A DNA stretch of 59,402 nt, the filler included, from Sphacelaria rigidula (taxonomy: Eukaryota): NCBI GenBank assembly GCA_964200075.2. It is 10 parts of 10 records of this genome, joined end to end, with 100 filler letters (N's around TTAATTAATTAA, not from the genome) between each part and the next. Parts side by side here need not be neighbours in the genome. Positions count along the whole stretch, not along the records: positions 53,554 to 59,402 come from CAXNAA020023987.1; 9 more parts are not named here. The stretch is one strand, 5' to 3'. Position numbers and translations under genes: made by a program. The notes below the pieces were generated by a model. The model had not been told where the DNA came from. It was given only the letters and a program-made list of their open reading frames with translations, and did not search any database. Positions 55,937 through 59,402 of this stretch are shown here, piece after piece (within the stretch, counting starts at the first letter, position 1; every line of letters begins with the position of its first letter).

Positions 55937-58900
55937 CTGGATGGTCACCAGGTTCCATGCCCCACGCGAGGATTTCCAAAAGACGGGGGGAAAGCACGAC
56001 AAAACCGCCGAGCATGTAGGATGTTAGAATCTGAAGATTGCTTGATATTCCTGCTCTCGGGATGTACATATACGTGGTACTCATCAAAGCGACCCACACA
56101 GGCAACAACACTGAAGCCGTCAACTGTGTCGACCACTGAAGCATCCAATTAGTGCTGCCTCTGTTTGGATCCGAGATTTTCAGCTCCGCAACACTCGGCC
56201 AACTGAAAAAAACAGGGAGGCCATCGCCGTGACCGCTTGCTTGACTCTACCCGGGGTGCACGAAGCGGAGGACCAAAATATTATTGAGTAAAATTATGGA
56301 CTGGTTCAAAGATTGAAAAATCAGTCTCCAGGATGCCACATACTTTCAGCCATTCACAGTTCATCAATTAGAGCTGGGTAACTGGCGATGAAGTCATGTG
56401 GCTTGCTCCCTGTCCCTCCGAAGTCGTGTTTCCTTTCTATCCCGCTAGCAACGGCATTTACTTCGAGCACGCAATCTATACAAGAGACGTACGGAAAAAA
56501 TGAAAAAAATAGAAAGTGTCAAAAGGATTTCGTTACTCCAAATCGAGAAAAGAAACAAGAAAATGCGCCGAAACATTCTGCGGGTGTTATGATGAAGAAA
56601 CAGCTCTGGGAACCCCTTCCACCCCCTGCCCAAGGCGGCGACGTTGCTCGTCTTCCGTCTCAAAAGGGATGCGTGGTCAATGGTCAAACGACCAAGGCAA
56701 GCAACAAATGAGTACGCCCCCCCCCTTCCCCTTTTTTTGTCGATTTCGTAGGGAAGTGGGACCCCTAGCTGGGATACCTGCCGTCAACATACTTACAACC
56801 CAAAATACGCTCCAACCTGTACGCTCGCAACGTCAATTTTTCGACCTTGCGCAACCTGACCGCCGCAAGCTAGGTTACATAACGTCTTTAACGTGTATAA
56901 TCCCACGTTACAGACACCCCAGTGGCCGCCCGTGTGGGTACACATACACCGTGTCGTTTCCTTTGTTTATTTATTTTCTTATATCAGGCTGGGGGGGCAA
57001 ACGGGTACTGGGGTATGTAACTCTCTCTAGTATTTTGGTTGAAACTGAGAGATCCGTAGCATTGAGCATACGAGTGGTCGCAGGTGGCGCATTTCGGCGA
57101 CCCTGTCACGTCCAATGCTGTGTTTGTCGTTGTTTTGGCAGTGATAATCCCCTGCGGCGCAAGAGGTGTTGGCTGTGGCTGTTTAAGTGTGTGTTTTACG
57201 AAGACTACGATACATGGAACGAGGTTTCGCTTCTCTGGTGTACTTTGTGCGTTGGGGCACAGCAAAATGTACCCTTTACAAAGAGAAAACAAGTGGGTGG
57301 GAGTGAGAATGATTGGGCGTGCAGGCAAGTTGAACAAATCGATTATTTGAGTTTCCGACAATACTAGCGATACGCCCTCAAAACGGCTTTCTCGCAGCCC
57401 AGAGTCCGTACACCGTGAGTGACTGCACATCGGGACACACTAGTGCTCTCACTCACTTCCACACGATGAACTCCTGGAGGGAGTGTTGTACCCGCAAGCA
57501 ACCATAAATCTGTGCTGGGATACCCTCTGGATAATGACAATCCGTACAAAGTTATCCACACATCGCTTGTGGAGGTGCTCAATTTGAAAGGCACGGTGGT
57601 ACGCACGCTGTCGGCGTTACAACGCGCTGAAACGTCGGCCACATGCCATGTACTCTACATTCAACACGCCCATTTGCCTCGATCTGGGGTTGTACGTTGC
57701 AGCGGTGCGCGACGAGGTGAAAAGAGGTCAGATTCTGATCCGATAAAGTTTTGTTTTTATTGGCGCAGGGCCCGAGGAACTCACGACGACGAGAACAGTA
57801 GATGCTGGTTTCACATAAACCTCTGGAGGACTAAAAAGTGCCCGTCTTCTAGCGGCATTCATGGCAGCGCAGCCCCACCAGAGAATTGCTCAAATCGCTA
57901 ATCCTCTCGAGGACTCAAACTACCACCACGATGTACAGAGGGTCCTGGACAATGAGATCGAACTTTTAAAAGGGGCTGGACCCACCTTCCGAAAATTCAC
58001 ACTGTCCACGGGAGAGTTTTGCAACAACGACCAACTGAAAATTGTATTTATCTGTTGAAGCCTACCCTAGCTTGCCTTGTCGCGCAATGTCGCTCCGGTT
58101 TCGAAAGCCATATGCATCTCCCTTCGTACATTCGAAACGGCCCTTACCAGGTGAGAAGAGGAGCTTTCGTCAGCTTCCTTCGGGTGCCATCAAACATTGC
58201 TCCGGGTTTTTTCGAAGATCTTTCGAGATGATAGAAGAGAGAATACTTTATTGAGAAATGATGTTCTGCCGTTCGTGTTTCGGAGAATAAATTCCGTTCC
58301 TGGAAATGTTTTACAGACGTAAAAATGAGAAATTTCATAGGTGGGGAACTCCCAGTCCTTTGTGAATTTTTCTAGGGCTCGAAAAAAACCCAGTATCATA
58401 TTCTTCAAAGATGAGGGAAGCCGATGAAGGGGGCTCCCCTCACCTGGTGGGAGCCGTTTCTAGTGTCCGAAAGCAGATACATAAGGCGTTATATGCCGGA
58501 GCAATGATGTACGACAAGGCACGCTAGGGGAGACATTTCAACAAACAAACAAGATCCTCACTTGGTCATTTTTCCAAAACGCAAGGTGTTCGGGATAATA
58601 GGAACGAATCCTCATTCTCGGAACGGGTTCGAAATCGAAACTTCGCATATGGCTGATGGTCAATTTCAGCAGGCAACTCTGGGCCGACCAAGACTTTCGT
58701 AGAAGGCGTCTTTTTTTTTTCATTTGAAAGCTTGCGAACCGAAGAGGGGGAGATGATTTTGTTCTCACGGCGATTGGGATTGCCGGCGGTGCCAAGCCAG
58801 TAGAAAGAAAACATGGCTTTGTCGCTCTTTGCATCCTACACTAGATGCCTCTGTGCTGTCATCACATCAGTCAGCATCGGGGCGTGGAGCAGAAGGGGCG

Positions 58901-59402
58901 GGCTAGAAGAACATCTTCTGTACAACCAGAACAGCCCTGGGCGCTTGCGGGTAAATGTACCCCAAATAATCCCTACGCCCCTCCAACATGCACAATGACC
59001 TGCAGAGGGCGGGATCTTCACATACAATCGTGTGGTGCAAAAATCACTGCAGTTGTTGTACTCTACCGATATACAAGCGAACATGCCCGGAGCTGTCCGG
59101 AGAGCCTCCGCGTAGACAACCTGGGGCAGAAGGCAGGGCTAGGTTGAGGGAGGCAAAATCTTAATGCGAATCGAAGTGACAGAAGCCGAGCACATCGAGC
59201 AGCTGGGAACCCCTGCGCTCGAGATCGTTTTTGTAAATGTCACCCATTTGAGGCACTTCATACAGTCTGACACCAGCTCTTACGTGCCGCATGACCATTT
59301 TCTTCGTGACAAATCTGGGGCTGTTTTTTTTTCGGGGGGGGGGGGGGGGGGGGCTTATTGATCCGCTTTCCCAGCGCCTACGAACATGTAACCCCAGACG
59401 GG

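Overview
This is not one continuous locus. It is ten unrelated contigs of about 5.85 kb (1-5851, 5952-11802, 11903-17753, 17854-23704, 23805-29654, 29755-35604, 35705-41554, 41655-47504, 47605-53453, 53554-59402), in decreasing length order and joined by artificial 100-nt N44-TTAATTAATTAA-N44 linkers. The DNA is eukaryotic, intron-rich and repeat-dense. A stramenopile, probably a brown alga, is my inference from an ASAFAP-type plastid-targeting motif, the exon/intron style and the transposon types. Supported content: (1) a 4.5-kb degenerate chromodomain-bearing Ty3/Gypsy LTR element with both LTRs but without the RT core and most of RNase H; (2) a decayed PIF/Harbinger transposase; (3) a 5'-truncated RTE-like LINE end; (4) a ~256-bp MITE family with GAG...CTC ends and 4-bp target duplications (Sola2-like); (5) tiny TTAA-flanked piggyBac-like MITEs; (6) several long fold-back palindromes, two tRNA-derived SINE-like heads and a hairpin-bearing ~85-bp minisatellite; (7) a high-copy ~70-nt motif beside G/C tracts; (8) a few isolated host exons (a WW-domain terminal exon, a Gln/Pro-rich gene with a possible pinin-like motif, a candidate plastid-targeted protein). 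Most ORFs in the supplied track are spurious. I found no convincing new multi-gene system. The best leads are apparently uncatalogued non-autonomous transposon families and fold-back elements.
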